Below the pieces are notes generated by a model, which was given only the letters and a program-made list of their open reading frames with translations, was not told where the DNA came from and did not search any database. A stretch of DNA of 64,000 bases from Setoptus koraiensis (Eukaryota; Animalia; Arthropoda): contig CM106586.1 in the NCBI GenBank assembly GCA_048013815.1, positions 7,750,001 to 7,814,000 on the forward strand, read 5' to 3'. The translations under genes and the position numbers were made by a program. Shown here in pieces: positions 36,788-51,111 of the stretch; position 1 is the first letter of the stretch; each line of letters opens with the position of its first letter.

Positions 36788-39700
36788 ATGCAGCCAGCAA
36801 GCAAGCCAACGACGATCGCCGCCGCCCCCACTCACTGTGGGCAGCGGCGCAAATTAACCATGCCAACAATTGATTGGTCATCGTCGTCGATAACGCTAAT
36901 TACCTGCTTTGTGTTGATATTGTGCAACATCATCTACAGTTACACCAGCAACTACAAATATGAGTCAAGTTTCGAGCGAGTGCAGCGAGAGTTGCAGTGG
37001 CTCAGGCGCACAGTTGTCGCGCTCGATTCGCGACTGTCACTCGGGCCGCCAGTTCACGACACTGTCAGCGCCAACAACAACAGCACACACAAACTAGTGA
37101 CAAACAACAACGACAACAACGACAACAACGACAACAACAGTTTTGAAAATAATCGCTTCGTTCGCTCCATATCGTTTGATGCGCCTGACAAGTCGCAAAC
37201 GTTGCCCGCTGCCAGCGAACAGCCGGCCGGCAACAGCAACAATTACATTAACAGCAACGATCAACCGCTTATCAACTACGACACGGCTGCCTCCAATCAT
37301 TACAGTGCCGCCTACAACACGATATACGGCAACAGCCACGACAACAGCGCAACAGTGTCGCAAACTGTCGACACCAACGCGCCGCAGTCTAGCCACCAAT
37401 TCAATTCACAATTGACACAATTGTCACAATTGTCACAATTGTCGGCCAGTCAAAACAGTCGCAGGCTGGCCAATTTGGCCGGCTTGCACGAGCTATACAG
37501 AGAGGTGTTTTCAACGTCGTCGTCGTCGTCGCCAGAAGCGCAGAGCAACTCGCAAACAAGCGACAACAACGACAACGAGCACAACATTTTGGCGAGCTCG
37601 ATCGGAAGTGCAGCTCGTCATGACGACAAGAGCAGACATTTTCTGGCAATGGAACAGTCGATTAAATCAAAGGTAAGCTCCAACGCCATTGATCGCATTA
37701 ACATGCGCCCGGCGCAACCAATTGTCAGGCCAACTTCTAGTTATGTAACTGCCCCGTTTCTTCAACATGTTCCACATATCTCATATCTCGCATGGCAGGA
37801 CTTTATCTGGTTCAACGACAACATTCGCATACCCGTAAGTATCTGTTTCGCTGCAATCCAGCCAAACAAAGTTTGCAATCCAGAGAAACTGTGCATGCAT
37901 GTATCTACGCACCATCACGGCAACTGTTCGAGTTTAATCTCCATTGTGCTCACAATGTTAAATATAGTTTGCGACATAAACACACAGTTGGTTGTTGTTG
38001 TTGTTGTTGCAAATCCGCCATTTGTCAGCTGCGCCAGACAACACACACACCAGGCTCACCTGAGCAACGATTGTTATGCAACGATGCGGCCATGTTACGT
38101 AACAATACGTACGTGTAATCTCATGCGCCGCCGCCGCCGAGACGAGATTACATCATCGCTTGTTGAGTTTATGTTTGGCCTTACCAATTTGTTAGTGCGC
38201 GCCAGCCAACAAGCAACATCTGCTAATAATTGTAACCTTTGGCGCGGCTCCATTCTTCTCGGCTTGACATTTCTCGTCTCGTTTCTTCGCCTGTAGGGGG
38301 TGTCTAGCGAGCGCTGTTGTACACTTACGCAACTTGTAAGTGAGCGGCGTGAAAATTCAAATTTTCCCTTTTCGCTGCCCTCTGCTTGCTTTTGTGTTCA
38401 AGCTTGCCACTCTATCATATGGCGTCTGGTCGTCGCATGACGACGACATTATCATAAAATGGATTTTGTTGTTGTTGTTTCAAATTGCTATAATAACAAC
38501 AATATTTGTTTTGTTTATCTTTTTCGCGCACACTCACACTTGTCAGTTATTACTGTAACATTACAGGACTGATTATTTATTGCGCAACATAAACAACAGC
38601 CACGTGAATATGTTTGAATGTGGTCGAACGCGCTTGGCAATACGGGGCCCCGTTGAGCTCTCCAGTGTGGCCAGTCGCTCCGGCCATCGGTCTATGGCCG
38701 GTTGTTGCTGGCCGATGCTGGCCTGAAATTCTTATCGGCGAGCCGCCAATAAGAATTTCAGGCACGTAGATGGCGCACGATGCGTCACGCCACGCAACGC
38801 GTGTATCATTTGGCTGGCATCAATGAGCAGACTGGTTTTAAGTTTGGCCCCATCGTGGGGCCCGCTGTCACTGTCGCCACTTACAATTGCGACAGTGCCG
38901 CGGGTTACGGTTGGTGCGCGGCCAGGGCGACGCAAGTGGCACGAGCACGAGTCACGTTTGCCACTCGTGCCAGCGAGTATTGGCTGTGAAATCACTCGAG
39001 TAGCTCACATAAATATTGATTAAAGTCCGGTTATTCCCCCCCCCCATTGGCCGTGGTGGCCGCGACAGTCGTTACGCGACGGTTTCGCGCTCACTCGTGG
39101 CGCCTCACTCGTCACGACGTAACGAGTATAGCGCCACGAGCCAGCTCGTGCGCCGCGTGCTCTTGGCAACGCGGCGCCACTGGTGGCTAGGTGCTGACTC
39201 GTGGCGCACTATTATTGTTATTGCCAATTGGACATGGCGCAAGCGACAATAATGATGATGATGACGACGACAGTGATAGTAGTTATAATAGTGGCGATGG
39301 TTGCTCGCTAACTCGCGCCTGTCTCGCGGTCCGCACCGGGGCGCCCCAACCGGCGGGCTTAGGCCCCGTGATCCGTCTCAAATAATAGATTGCCGTTTGA
39401 TTGTTTACTGCACACAACCGGCCGAGCCCCACCGAGCCCGGCTGATCCGCGCCGAACCGAGCCGCACCGAACCGAGCCGCACCGAACCGAGCCGCACCGA
39501 ACCGAGCCGCACCGAACCGAATTGAGCCACACCGAGCCGAGCCGAGCCAACTGAGTGACCACAGCCAGCACCGGTATGCATTGGAGTGATCCGCCACTCT
39601 GGCGGCCGTATCTATTAGCGGCGCTGCCATTGATGTCACTCTATTACCAGTTCCATTGTTGGATTTACTGGCCGGCCAACGTTGAGCTCACCATTAATCT

Positions 39701-42700
39701 TCGCGTCCCATTAGCTGGTCGCTGGCGAGCGATTCGGCGGCAGTCGGCGATTCGGCGATCCGGCGAGTTGGTGAGTCGGCGAGTTGGCGAGGCCCGGCCA
39801 ACGAGAACCAGAGAGCGAGAGAGAGCGAGAAGTAAAGAGCGAGAGGGCGCGCAAACGAGCAAACGAGGCCCCGCCAGACAGAGATGAATGGAGCCCCACG
39901 GAGTGGGAGCGCTCTATTTGCGCCACGGGCCCCAACTGAATAAACAAACAACAATGGCAACGTATCGCCGGGACACTGTTGTGCGGCATTGTTTTTGGGC
40001 GCCGTCGCTGGTCGTCTTTTTGTTTATATCGGCCGGGGAACAAAAACGTTGCATTGGCAATTGTTTTTGGCCCCGACATAAACGTTTGGCGTGCATAAGA
40101 ATGATTATTGAACCATTGCATTCACTTATCAAATCTAATAAACTCTGATGATCGAGTGGCGTGATCGGGCCTCCACGGCTCACTGGATCCGACGGGCCTC
40201 ATCGGGCGATAGTCGGGCGATAGTCGGACAATAGTCGGGCAACAGTCGGGCAATAGTCGGGCAATAGTCGGGCGATAGTCGAGTGGCGAGCACCAATCAA
40301 ATGTTGGCAGCCACCAAATTTGAACTAAATTTGAAAATTGTACGCCCGCCCTCAACATAATATATATTGAGTTAAGCACATTATACTCTACAACTGTCCA
40401 CAGTGTTCAACCGTCTATGGCATAATGCGAGTCAGACGGCGCTGTGTGGATTACGTAATGGAGCGTTGGTGTGAGAAAGGAATTAAATAGATCAATTGAC
40501 CTCTTGTCGTCGTTGCTTATTTACGGCAAGAGGCTCCCGACGCGGCGCTCCTACGACCATTTTGCTCTATCGTTGCCCACCGATCAGTGCTCAGCGGCAC
40601 AGCCATTTGCAGAGTGTCGTCGGCCGTTTCGCTGCAAATATCCGCCAGTCACTTATCCGCCAGCCAGTTTATATCGGCCAGTGTCACATTATCAGTCACT
40701 GGTGACCACCAAACCCACCCCGGCGAGCCGCCGCTATATCCGTACAGCACCGCTGCGGCCATATATGTAGCTGTGCGGCCAACGAGCCTTGTATGGATAT
40801 ATGCAACAATACAGGGATATGTCCGAGCGCAAGCTTCGATTCAGACCAGTGCTGGCGTGTCGGCTGGCGTGTCGGCCGGCGTGTCGGCCGGCGTGTCGCA
40901 GTATAGGCTGGCGTAGTATTTCTTGAGCGGTGCAGCTCCGACGTGAGCATAGCTCCGTCAGAGCGGCCCCAATGGCGAGTTGGGGCCGCCAGTGTAAATA
41001 ACTTGATTAGCAGTGTGAACGAGGAGGCCCGCGCTTTAATTTATCCCTTCGTTTAATTTATAGTCGACACACTATACATGATGTGACAACAACGACTGCA
41101 CCACTGCATGCTAACCATTTTGCAGCCTCCGCCACTCGGCGGGCCTCAGTCTTGCAAGCGCCGCATTGCTCAAATTAATTGGCTCAAGAGAATAGCACGC
41201 GCACGACGCCGACGACGACGCGACAAAAAACGCGAACCGGCGATATAAATTAACCAGAAACGGCCCCACCGACAGCTACTTGCCCCGGGCTAAAAGTTAA
41301 TTAACAACTTTGTTCTGGTCAACAACTCTGCGCTTTTTACATGTCCGTGGCTGCCCGGTTGCTGTATTTTGGGGCCCCATTTCGCCCACTCACCCACTCG
41401 CCAGCTAGCCGACGGCCGGCGCCCCACAAAATGCACGATTGTGCCGCCGTGTTTATTTTCTATCTGTCGGAACCATTCGAGATTATTATCACAGACATAA
41501 TAAATTACTGTTACCCTTTCGCCAACTTTTCCTGGCGCACCAAGGGGCAAAGTTGTCGCGTTAAATGGCCCTCACTCCGCTGCACTTGTTAACTGTCGTC
41601 TACTTCATTTGGCCAGCTTGCAAGCTGCCCAGACAAACGAAGAAGCCAAACGAAGTTGGCTTGTGCAGCAAATTAGCGGGCCCCCGAACAAACAATCGCG
41701 CCCATTGTTGACTAAACTATCGTCGGACCTTGTTGTATGCAGCGTGGGGGGCGCTTTTTTACCCGATAATAATAAACCGAAAAACATACAAAAATAACAC
41801 ACAACAATAACACAACCACATTGTTAGCTGTTTATGGTATCGGCACATCATTATCGTAGGCCAGATCATGTTTCTGTCCGCTGGTGTGTCGACACAATGT
41901 GGCCTGTCCATTGTTGAAATATAGATGATCGTGTTGGGCCCGAAATGTTGTTTTCGAGCCATGAACAGTTTCATTTTGACCCCTTTCATTTCATTATTAT
42001 TATTTCACATGGATAAAACGCAGAATTTCGTCAGCCAACCACACTCAACAACAATAAATCATTTGCCACAACCGCGGCCTCTGACACCGAGCAACCTCAA
42101 GCAGTGTGCTCGCCGTCACAATAATACTAACGGCAAAATATCTTGCTTCATATTTATACATCATCGTTTGTTTTTATGAATCTCGCACGAATTTCAATTT
42201 GCCCAAATTTTCATCAATTCACTGGCCGGCAGCCGGAAAAATGACGAAAATTCGGGCAAAGCTCGTGATGCACTGGTGTGATAAAAGTAGCGAACGTTGT
42301 TAACGATTTTTCCCATTCTTCTCTCATCACAACCGAAACAACCGTGCAAAAACATATCTGAACCGATATCCGATATTTCGCCACACATATGGCCCGGCAA
42401 ACGAAACGCACAGTTCTCGAATGTACAAAGATTTTGCTCAACAATTAAAAACTTCTGCCAGCGCAAACCAAAAGAAGCGTCTCCGCCGTCACTGAATCCT
42501 ACAAACGATATCACCTCAGCTACTGCAGCCGCCTTGTCTCCAGCCTCGTCGTTGTCGCCGGCCGCCGGTTCACCTGGCGGCAGCTCGCTGGGTGAACCAG
42601 CCGGTGACACATATTATGTCATTAACGGTTGGGGCATTCATCGCAAAATGAAACGAAGGCCACGAAGGCACAACCATCATCAATCGGATAGTAGCTTGTA

Positions 42701-43178
42701 TTCGTCGTCGCAAAATAATAATAACAGTAATCGACAACAGCAAACATTAACCTTGATTGGGCCAAAAGGCGAAAAGGGAGCCAAAGGCGACACGGGCCGG
42801 CCGGGTCTCGACGGAGTGCCCGGGCTAGATGGTGCTCCCGGCCTCGACGGGCAACCCGGCTCAGATGGGCGTGACGGCAAAGACGGCTCGCCGGGCATCA
42901 ATGGACGAGACGGCTTGAATGGCGAGCCCGGCCTTATTGGGGCGCCCGGTGCACCCGGTGCGCCAGGGCCCAAGGGTAAACGAGGCCAGCCAGGGAGGCC
43001 GGGCAGCGTGGGCCAGCCGGGTATTTGTGTATGGAGGCTACCAACACAAATACCAGGCACGAATTCTCATAGTAACAACAGCACTTCCGGTTGTGTTAGT
43101 AGTAGCTCGGTGCAATCCGATGTAAATGGGCCAGAGTTGTTGTTGGTGGCACCGTCTATCACACTGAACGATAACAGC

Positions 43179-43211
<33 letters not shown>

Positions 43212-45611
43212 TTGTTGATGGGCACAACGACAAGACAGCAGCAACACGATAATAACAACGACGACGAGCCTAGTAATAATAGTAATGGTAATAACATTGT
43301 TATGAGCGTCAAAGAGGGCGACAATGTGAGAATGATATGCGACGCTTCCGGTTGGCCGAAGCCAATAATTACGTGGAAAAGAGTGAGCATGCAGGCAAGC
43401 AATGGCGCGCAACAATCATTGCCGATTGTCTTGGGACAATGGAGTTACCTGAGCATTCAAAATAGTTTATTACAATTTAAGAATGTGACCAGATTGCAAA
43501 TGGGCCAATATGTTTGCGTAGCCAGCAATGGTATTCCGCCAATTGCACGCGAGCAAATAATTTTAGAGGTTCAACACGCTCCAATTGTCAGATTGAATGT
43601 ATCGCTAATTGATTCAGAAATTGCATCAACAAATACGGGCGCCACAACATGGCCAACAATTGTAGCGGATACAGGTGATTCAGTGTCGATAGAATGTCTC
43701 ATAGAGGCCATGCCGAACGGTTTTAATTATTGGATGTTCGGATCGGAAACTCTCATGTGGCCAGAAATGTCTGCCTCATCGGGGCCTCATAATCACAACA
43801 ACAACAACAACAACAATTACGGGAGTTATGGCGGTGAAAAGAGATACAGTGTTAACAAGTCGGTGTATATTGTTACAGAAAGCTACAGTCAATTGGTAAC
43901 TGGCTCACATGTGACCGCATTAACGCTGAACATTACACAATTGAACTCAAAAACCTCTGGCCAATACAAATGTGTGGGCAAAAATCAATTTGGCATCACC
44001 TATGGCATTGTAAATGTCTTACAATCATCATCAATTGGTCGTCATCAATCAGCGCCCACAATCCAAGAAAATCAATCGTCGACAATCGAAAATAACGGTG
44101 ATAATAGCGGCCAAAATAACAAGCTGGCATATCAAATGAGTCGCTTAGACGCAACATTGGGCTGGCCATCAGCTTGGCTCGACAATTCTTATGTAACTTA
44201 CGGTTATGTAACTTCCGGTCATGTAACAACAACAGCACCAGATTTACCTTATCCGCCTGAAATGGATGCTGACTACTATCTAAACAGTTTGATACAATCA
44301 GTGTCCCCAATTAACAAGAGCACCTGCTCTGCAAGCTTGATGGCAGCGAAGAAATGTTTGGACAATCGTCTGTTCGGTGACAATAGAACAGCAATCAATG
44401 GCAAACATCGACAAACAAGCAACTACAACAATGATTTTGGGCCCCCCAGTCAGGCCAACAATTATACCAGCAGCAGATCCAGTTATAACAACAATGACAA
44501 TGATAATATGCTAATAGATAAGACTGTAAGCGGGCTTTATTACCACGACAACAAACTTAAAAAACGCGACAGCTTCATGGTTTTGAGTCAGATTGGCAAG
44601 CCAGTTTATTTGGGTGAAACAGCCTGGCAATTTGGATGGTGGGGCACCGATTCGTATCAGCAGACTACATCTGCAACAGAACTCGTGCCAGACCAATTCA
44701 ATGGCAATGATAACAATGACAAACAGCAACAATTTAGATATTGGGCAACCGACGAGCGCAACACGAAAATATTAATGGAATTTTCCAATAGAAACGATCT
44801 ACAAGCAAACAAATTATCCAGGTCATATATTTTGGAGTTTGCATTCAGGGGCAACTCGCATCTGGTGTACAATTCTTGTTTCTATTACAATCATCATCAC
44901 AGCAATCAAGATGGCAAAATGGGCGCAGATTCCGAGAAATTAATCCAATTGAATTTGGTGACAAACGAGACGAGATATCTGGACATGTCCCAAATTGGAC
45001 GGCCATTCAATACGTATGAAAGTTTATCGTCGAGCAAGCAACCCAACAGAAACCTGTTACTGTTTGCCAATGGACACAATTTCATCGATTTAGCCAGCGA
45101 TGAGAATGGCATTTGGCTCATATATCCAAATATAGTTTACAGCGCACCCATTGGGTCAATGTTGCCTGCTGATAAAATGACAATTGATTCATCGGACATT
45201 AGCACAGACACAAGCATAATTAGAGTGACCACTGTGATCAAATTAAACGCCACTACAATGTCCATAGAGTATTTAAGTGAATTGAAATTAGACTGGCAAT
45301 TGGCTGGTGAAATGTTTATAATTGATGGCATATTGTACGGAATACAAGCAGTAAAACAACGCTATAGTAAGGTTATGTTTGCCTATGATTTATATCAGAA
45401 TAGATTATTGCCAACAAATTATATTAATGAGCCCATAATTGTGTTTACAAATCCATTTGAGGACACCATAATGATACAATATGACGCCAGACAACAAAAG
45501 CTACTCACATTGGACGGCAACAATCTACTTGAGTATCCGTTGCGACTAACCAGAGTTACAGCACCAGTGAGCTCATTGAGTGATAATAATAATAAAGGTC
45601 ACGTCGATTAG
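36788..45611 (+). CDS. Colmedin (gliomedin/UNC-122/CG6867-like): type II TM, collagen, two Ig domains, olfactomedin; exons 36788-37672, 37799-37834, 42414-45611
   Basis: TM ITLITCFVLILCNIIY, furin-type site RFVR and donor AAG|GTAAGC. The 36-nt exon DFIWFNDNIRIP|GTAAGT joins CAG|FSNVQRFCSTIKNFC. Gly-X-Y run from GPKGEKGAKG to GQPGIC; Ig motifs ICDASGWPKPIITW, GQYVCVASNG, GQYKCVGKN; OLF motifs IDLASDENGIWLIY, FIIDGILY. Start at 36788 versus 36860 is uncertain. Confidence 0.88.
39421..39547 (+). repeat. Tandem 15-mer (CCGAGCCGCACCGAA) array in colmedin intron 2
   Basis: Direct inspection. Confidence 0.9.
40201..40281 (+). repeat. Tandem 11-mer (TCGGGCRATAG) x7
   Basis: Direct inspection. Confidence 0.9.
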
Positions 45612-45922
45612 AACATAACATTACATCACAGCGGCCACTGCTAACCAATCTAACTACCAGATACTACCTGAGGTAAATTGATTCAATACAATGTAATTAA
45701 AACACATCAACAATGATTCAATGATGTTCTCCAGTCGCACAAGCAACATCGCGACTGTTCGACTATCGATAGATAATTATGATTATGACACAAAATCATC
45801 AGTGAAAAAGAAAAATACTAGTCTAAAATAAAGATAGTTTAGTATCGCCATTCGTACACTTGTGGAACACGCTGATGATGCTTCATTCAAAACTGATGAT
45901 CTCTCAATGATTATCTCTCTGT

Positions 45923-47854
45923 CTAGTCATCGACAATCAACAATTGTGAGCGCGTATTTATTGTTTCAGAGTGGAGACCATACACCAAAGTTGTTACACT
46001 GTCGCCCTCGATTTCTACACTAAAGTCTTTGTTATAATTAGTTGTAATTGTCTCATTATTACCAGCAACAATGGACTTGAGGGCGATTGAAGTGGGCCTG
46101 TCGGATAGGTTGGCCAACACTACAATCAAATGATTTGATGGTGTCACAAATGTGGCCAGCTTCACCTTTTTTTTCCATTTGCAGCTTTCAAAATTCCAAA
46201 ATTGGCCCTCACAAGACAGTTTGTTGTGAACTCTCCTCGAGCCGGGCGGAACAAATCTACTAAAGTGACCGAGAACATAAAACATGGGATTCTTGTACAG
46301 CTTCTTCTTTGCCTCGTCCACTATTATGGGCGCATCGACAAAATTGCCCGACCAGTTGGGACCGCCTTGCAAATCTAAGGCCAAATTCCAGTCTATCCAG
46401 CCGTTGACGTTTCTATTGATTGTTGCGACAATGTCATTGAAATAGGCGATGCCACGCGACCAATCGCCAATAACCACTTTTATGTCGGTCGGGCGCCAAC
46501 CGTTACAAGATTCGGTAGACAAAATAAACTCAATATCATGTTTGTGTTTCTTATGCAATGAACTAATTAAATCCAGCGGAAACAATTCATTCATGTACCA
46601 ATGAATACCTAAGCCCGACACGTAGCTTTTGGCGATTTTGTCCGCCATGATTTTGTCCACTTGCTTGTTGACAGCGCCTATGCTGTCGTCGCCAATTATC
46701 AATTTAAACTTATCCTTAGTATAACCGTATTGCATCAATTGTGGACCCAGATGATACTTGATAAAGTTGATCTGGTCAGTGGCTCTAAATTGTAAACTGT
46801 TGAAAAAATATACGGGCAAGTAAGCCATGGCCGGCTCGTTTTGCAGTGTCATTCCCCATAAATGTATACCATTTTTCTTGTACTCTTCGAGAAATTTCAC
46901 CAGATAACTAGCGTAACTGCTGTATATTGGGCCGGTCTCATTTGAGCTTCCTCGCAAAAAGCCCCGCTCAAACGCATTGTTGGTCTTCATCCATTTCGGC
47001 GGCGACCACGAACTGGCAAATATTTTCATATCTTGCCCAGTTCTCTTCTTGTACATATCTATGGCCTTCTTCATATAGGGTATTTTGTACTTTATGTCCT
47101 CATCGGCCAATTTCCATTTGGACAGCGTCAGATCCTGTTCCTCTGTGTCGTCGTAACTGTAGGCGTGCGTTGAAAAATCCGTTCCTCCGATGGGCGCCCT
47201 AGCAATGCTATAATGCAGGCCTTTTTCGCCATAATAACTGTCCACAATTACGTCTTTAAGTGCATCGGGCAAACTGTGCATATTCAAGACAGCAGCATCG
47301 GTAAATGCGCCCCCGAAACCCATTATCTCCTGATACAGTTTTGTCGGAAACAAATGCAACGCATATTCGTCGCTAAAATACTTTTTCCCATTCGTTGTTC
47401 TTTCGCAAATCTTGTTGCCGACTGAATCTATTGTGACCCTTAGCTCGCTGTGATCACAATCTATTTTGTTATGAGCCAAATGAAATCTTTTGCCCGACTT
47501 AGAGCTAGTTATCTGTAGTAACTCTCCGCTTTTGGGCCAATCAAACATCAAATTATCACAGTATTCCGTTGTACATACACACACTATCTTGGAGGCGTCG
47601 CTGAGGTCAACATTACTTGCGTTGCACGGCAGTGATCCTGCTGCAAAGTAATACAGTAGAATATACAAAGATTGATCAATTGACGAGAATTCAGATGAAA
47701 TCACTGGCATGAGATGGTGATTATTCTTAAATTAATGCCTTTAATTAATTAGCTCTGAATTACCTTTCAAGCGCAACTCCTGGTGACTGTTTTGGCAAGC
47801 CAGTGCCAGGAGGAGTATGCATGCTGTGTAAATGTACAAAATTTTGTCTACCAT
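45923..47854 (-). CDS. GBA: Lysosomal glucosylceramidase (GH30); exons 47854-47764 and 47637(or 47640)-45923
   Basis: Signal exon MVDKILYIYTACILLLALAC with G|GTAATT donor. Motifs FGGAFTDA, SSWSPPKWMKTN, WGMTLQNEP (acid/base), LSTESC (nucleophile), DWNLALDLQGGPNW, MFYVLGHFSRFV. Confidence 0.96.
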
Positions 47855-48402
47855 TGTTATTTTTGTTTGACCACTTGACTTGAATAAACTGTCAAATGAA
47901 ATCAATATCTAATGAGCATAATAATAATACAATGGAATTTTATTATAAATACTGACTTGTCGACATTGCAAGCCTACTTCCCTCTATGTGGCTATATGAA
48001 TTTCAGGTGCCAACAATGTAAAATTTTACATCATGTGAAACTTATCTTCATCAAGATAAGTTAGTGATCTAATGTTGTGAATATGTCCTCAATGTAGGAA
48101 ATATATTACTAATTATTACTACAAACTGACTTTGCACTTGTCTGATTGTCTGATACGCGGCGCACCTTCATCGTCGCAAAGTTTCGCATAGTGTCTTGTG
48201 TTTGCAAACAACTGAAGTGAAAGTAGCTGCTATTCTCATCCAGTGCAAACTGTGTAGCTGACTGTTCACAAAGCCGAGATAAGCAATCCGAAATCAAGCA
48301 ACATGTGAGACATAGAGGTGATGACGAAGCATTCAAACAACAACTGCTGTGGAGACTACTTTCCCAAGTTTGGTGATCAATCCCAAAGATACTGGCATCT
48401 GG

Positions 48403-50170
48403 TCAAAGTTCTAGTCCTTTGATGGCAACGGCGCCTCCGCAATAATCAAATGACTGCGGGGAGCGTTCTGTCCATCTGGAATTGGATTCGCAATTTTGCG
48501 AATGAGGAGAATAGAATTTGTTAGATCGTGCGCCTGACAGAGAAGAGAGTACTATGCTCCCGCATTAAGATTACCTACATGTTCTTTACTGGATCATACG
48601 CTTCCACTCGAGGGTTCCAGATACCGCGAGTAGTCTTCCCACCAACCGCGAAAAGTTGGTCGCCCAATACAACTAGACTCACATGACCTCTTGGCTCGAC
48701 CATTGGTGCTATTGGTTCCCATTTATCCTCTTGCGGGTCGTACTTTTCGCCAGAATCAAGGTAATTTACCCCATCGTACCCACCTACAACGTATATGTGC
48801 CCTTTGTAAGTTGTGCATCCGAATGCTGCCCTTGCTTCTCTCATCGGTGAGACTTCTCTCCACTCCGTCCCTGTTTCGGTGCATTCCACCAACGATAAGG
48901 CTGTGTTAAGATAACTTCCTCCAATAACATAAACATTATCAGCTAAACCTATAACGACACATTCAAGCCTTGGTGCACGTGAGCCGTCACACTCAATCCA
49001 CTCCAAGGTTTTTGGACATAACAGCTCATCACTCGAATAAGTTGACTCTTCCCTTTCTGATACAATGAAAGGGCAGCCTCTGATAGTTGTTAGCCCTGCA
49101 ATATCGCTGGCAGTTTTCAAAGGTGCCATTGGTGCTAACAAATTGAAACGGTAATTATAATAATAACATTTGACTCTATTGGAAGTTCGATCCCTGGAAA
49201 AAACATCGGCAAAATAGATGACATTATTCCAGGTTGTTAGGGCAAAATTTTCGTGCGGAACTGTCACCATGTTCGTTTTTGTCCATTTATCTTCAATCGG
49301 ATCATATCTCAAAGTGGGTCGATCTCCTCCGAAATAATAGATATATGACGGTGAGCTCTCTCGTGCGTAGGATACACGACTGTTCTCCACAATGTCAATT
49401 TCTGAAGTTTCATACGGAAAGAAGCAGAGACTTTTCATCTTAGCCATGTGTCTTCGGCATTTTCCTCGCGATTGAATGATTGGATCACATAAAATGTTCA
49501 TAAAACTCTGAGCACTCATATGAGGCAATCTGATTTGTTGAACAAGCTCCAAAATATGTTGCTCTTTGTTATTGTGCCCAGTCCACAACTTTGCTACCTC
49601 GAAAAGTTCATACTCTGAACTCAAGACCAAGTTTTCGCTCTGCATGACATCAATAATTTGTTCCAGTGAGAGCTTCACAATCTGTGCTCTCTCCAATTTG
49701 GTGAAATTTTTCAAAATGTAATCTTTGGACACCTGGGCAAACTCTTCAAGACTGAGCTTTTCAGCAATGTGAAAAAAGTCAACGCAATTTGAGATGTTTA
49801 TATTACCTGTCAGATAGTTGCCACATTTCCGCTCTAGAGAGTATATCTGCATAAATGATGCAGCCTCCACTAAAGATGCAACATTTTCGTCGTTTATATC
49901 TATTTTTCTCGTGTATAGGTAATCTATAACTGATTCTACACAAGCCGACTCTAGATGCTCCATCTCGACATGAGATTCTCTTGATTCTGTGCAGTCCATG
50001 GTTATCATGGCCTTGAAGAAGGGAGATGAGGCAGCGAGAACGAGTTTGTGGGCCCTGATTTTTGTGCCGCGGACAGTCACTAAGAAATCGCGTAGATTCT
50101 CTTCGGTCCTCAAGTCGTCCATTGCGAACATGGTATCTCTGAAATATTCTAGATCTTCGTAATCGGCCAT
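48403..50170 (-). CDS. BTB-BACK-Kelch protein, paralog 1; exons 50170-48579 and 48475-48403
   Basis: BTB AHKLVLAASSPFFKAM and Kelch repeats (IYVVGGYDG...EKYDPQEDKW). A 103-bp phase-2 intron (AT|GTAGGT...TTCCAG|A) restores KNIW-TERSPQSFDYCGGAVAIKGLEL*. Confidence 0.9.
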
Positions 50171-50618
50171 TTTATGCCTCCAGCGTTGAAAAATTGCGAG
50201 TTTATCGGGATTAAAAAACTTGCGAGATGTAAGAAAATTTTAAACATGCGAGAATTGCAGCTCGATTATGATCTCTCATTTTACGCCCTCCATTTACATG
50301 GTTGGAGTGCCTATGGTCTTACTGTCAGTATAGTCACTGATAGTGTATTAGTTGTAGAAGCCACAAGTGTCTGTCTCCTGGGTCGCAGGACACAAACAGA
50401 TTCAAAATGGTTGGCGCGATCTGATTTCTTCAACGAATGGACGCCCGCGATACGCGATGTCGATGGGATATACCCTAGTGTGCGATCGCGATAATACTTC
50501 GGGCCTCTATGGGATAGTTGAGAGAAGTTTTCGAAAAAAAACTAAAGGAAACAGATATGCGCTTTCAACAGATATAATCATAATCTTGGCATCAAGAGAT
50601 GGCGCCGCAGTCTGGGGC

Positions 50619-50919
50619 ACCACGAACTGGCAGATACTTTCATATCTTGCCCAGTTCTCTTCTTGTACATATCTATGGCCTTTTTCATATAAGGTATTTT
50701 GTACTTTATGTCCTCATCGGCCAATTTCCACTTGGACAGCGTCAGATCCTGTTACTCTCAATATCGAATGAGCATATTAATAATATAATAGAATTTTATT
50801 ATAAATATTGATTTGTCGACATCACGAGCCTACTTCCCTCTGTGCGGCTATATGAATTTTAGGTACTAACAATGTAAAGTTTTACATCATGTGAAACTTA
50901 TCTTCATCAAGATAAGTTA
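50619..50919 (-). pseudogene. Duplicated GBA fragment (135 bp of coding exon) plus a copy of the GBA upstream/core-promoter region
   Basis: 50619-50753 matches 47005-47139 at 130/135 nt; 50758-50919 aligns with 47902-48062. Confidence 0.9.
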
Positions 50920-51111
50920 AGATAAGTGAAGGTAGCTGCTACTCTCATCCAGCGCAATCTGTGTATCTGACTATTCACAAAGCCGAGATGAGCAATCTGA
51001 AATCAAGCAACTAGTGAGACATAGAGGTGATGACGAAGCATTCAAACAACAACTGCTGTGGAGACTACTTTCTCAAGTTTGGTGATCAATCCCAAAGATA
51101 CTGGCATCTGG

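Noticed and set aside
37835-38296. ORF-track extension of colmedin exon 1 to 502 aa as the main product
   Set aside because: It reads through a strong CCC|GTAAGT donor; the spliced model restores the family motif and joins the collagen/Ig/OLF exon.
42297-42413. TTG start for a standalone 1104-aa ORF
   Set aside because: Better explained as intron 3' end; acceptor CAG|TTC at 42414 is in phase with upstream exons.
48244-48375. Plus-strand mini-ORF (…RHRGDDEAFKQQLLWRLLSQVW*) open in both duplicate units
   Set aside because: No start or upstream exon found, and differences between copies are 5 non-synonymous versus 3 synonymous codons; no sign of coding constraint.
48316-48400. GTGATGA C-box suggesting a C/D snoRNA
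   Set aside because: No D box (CTGA) at a suitable distance and no terminal stem.
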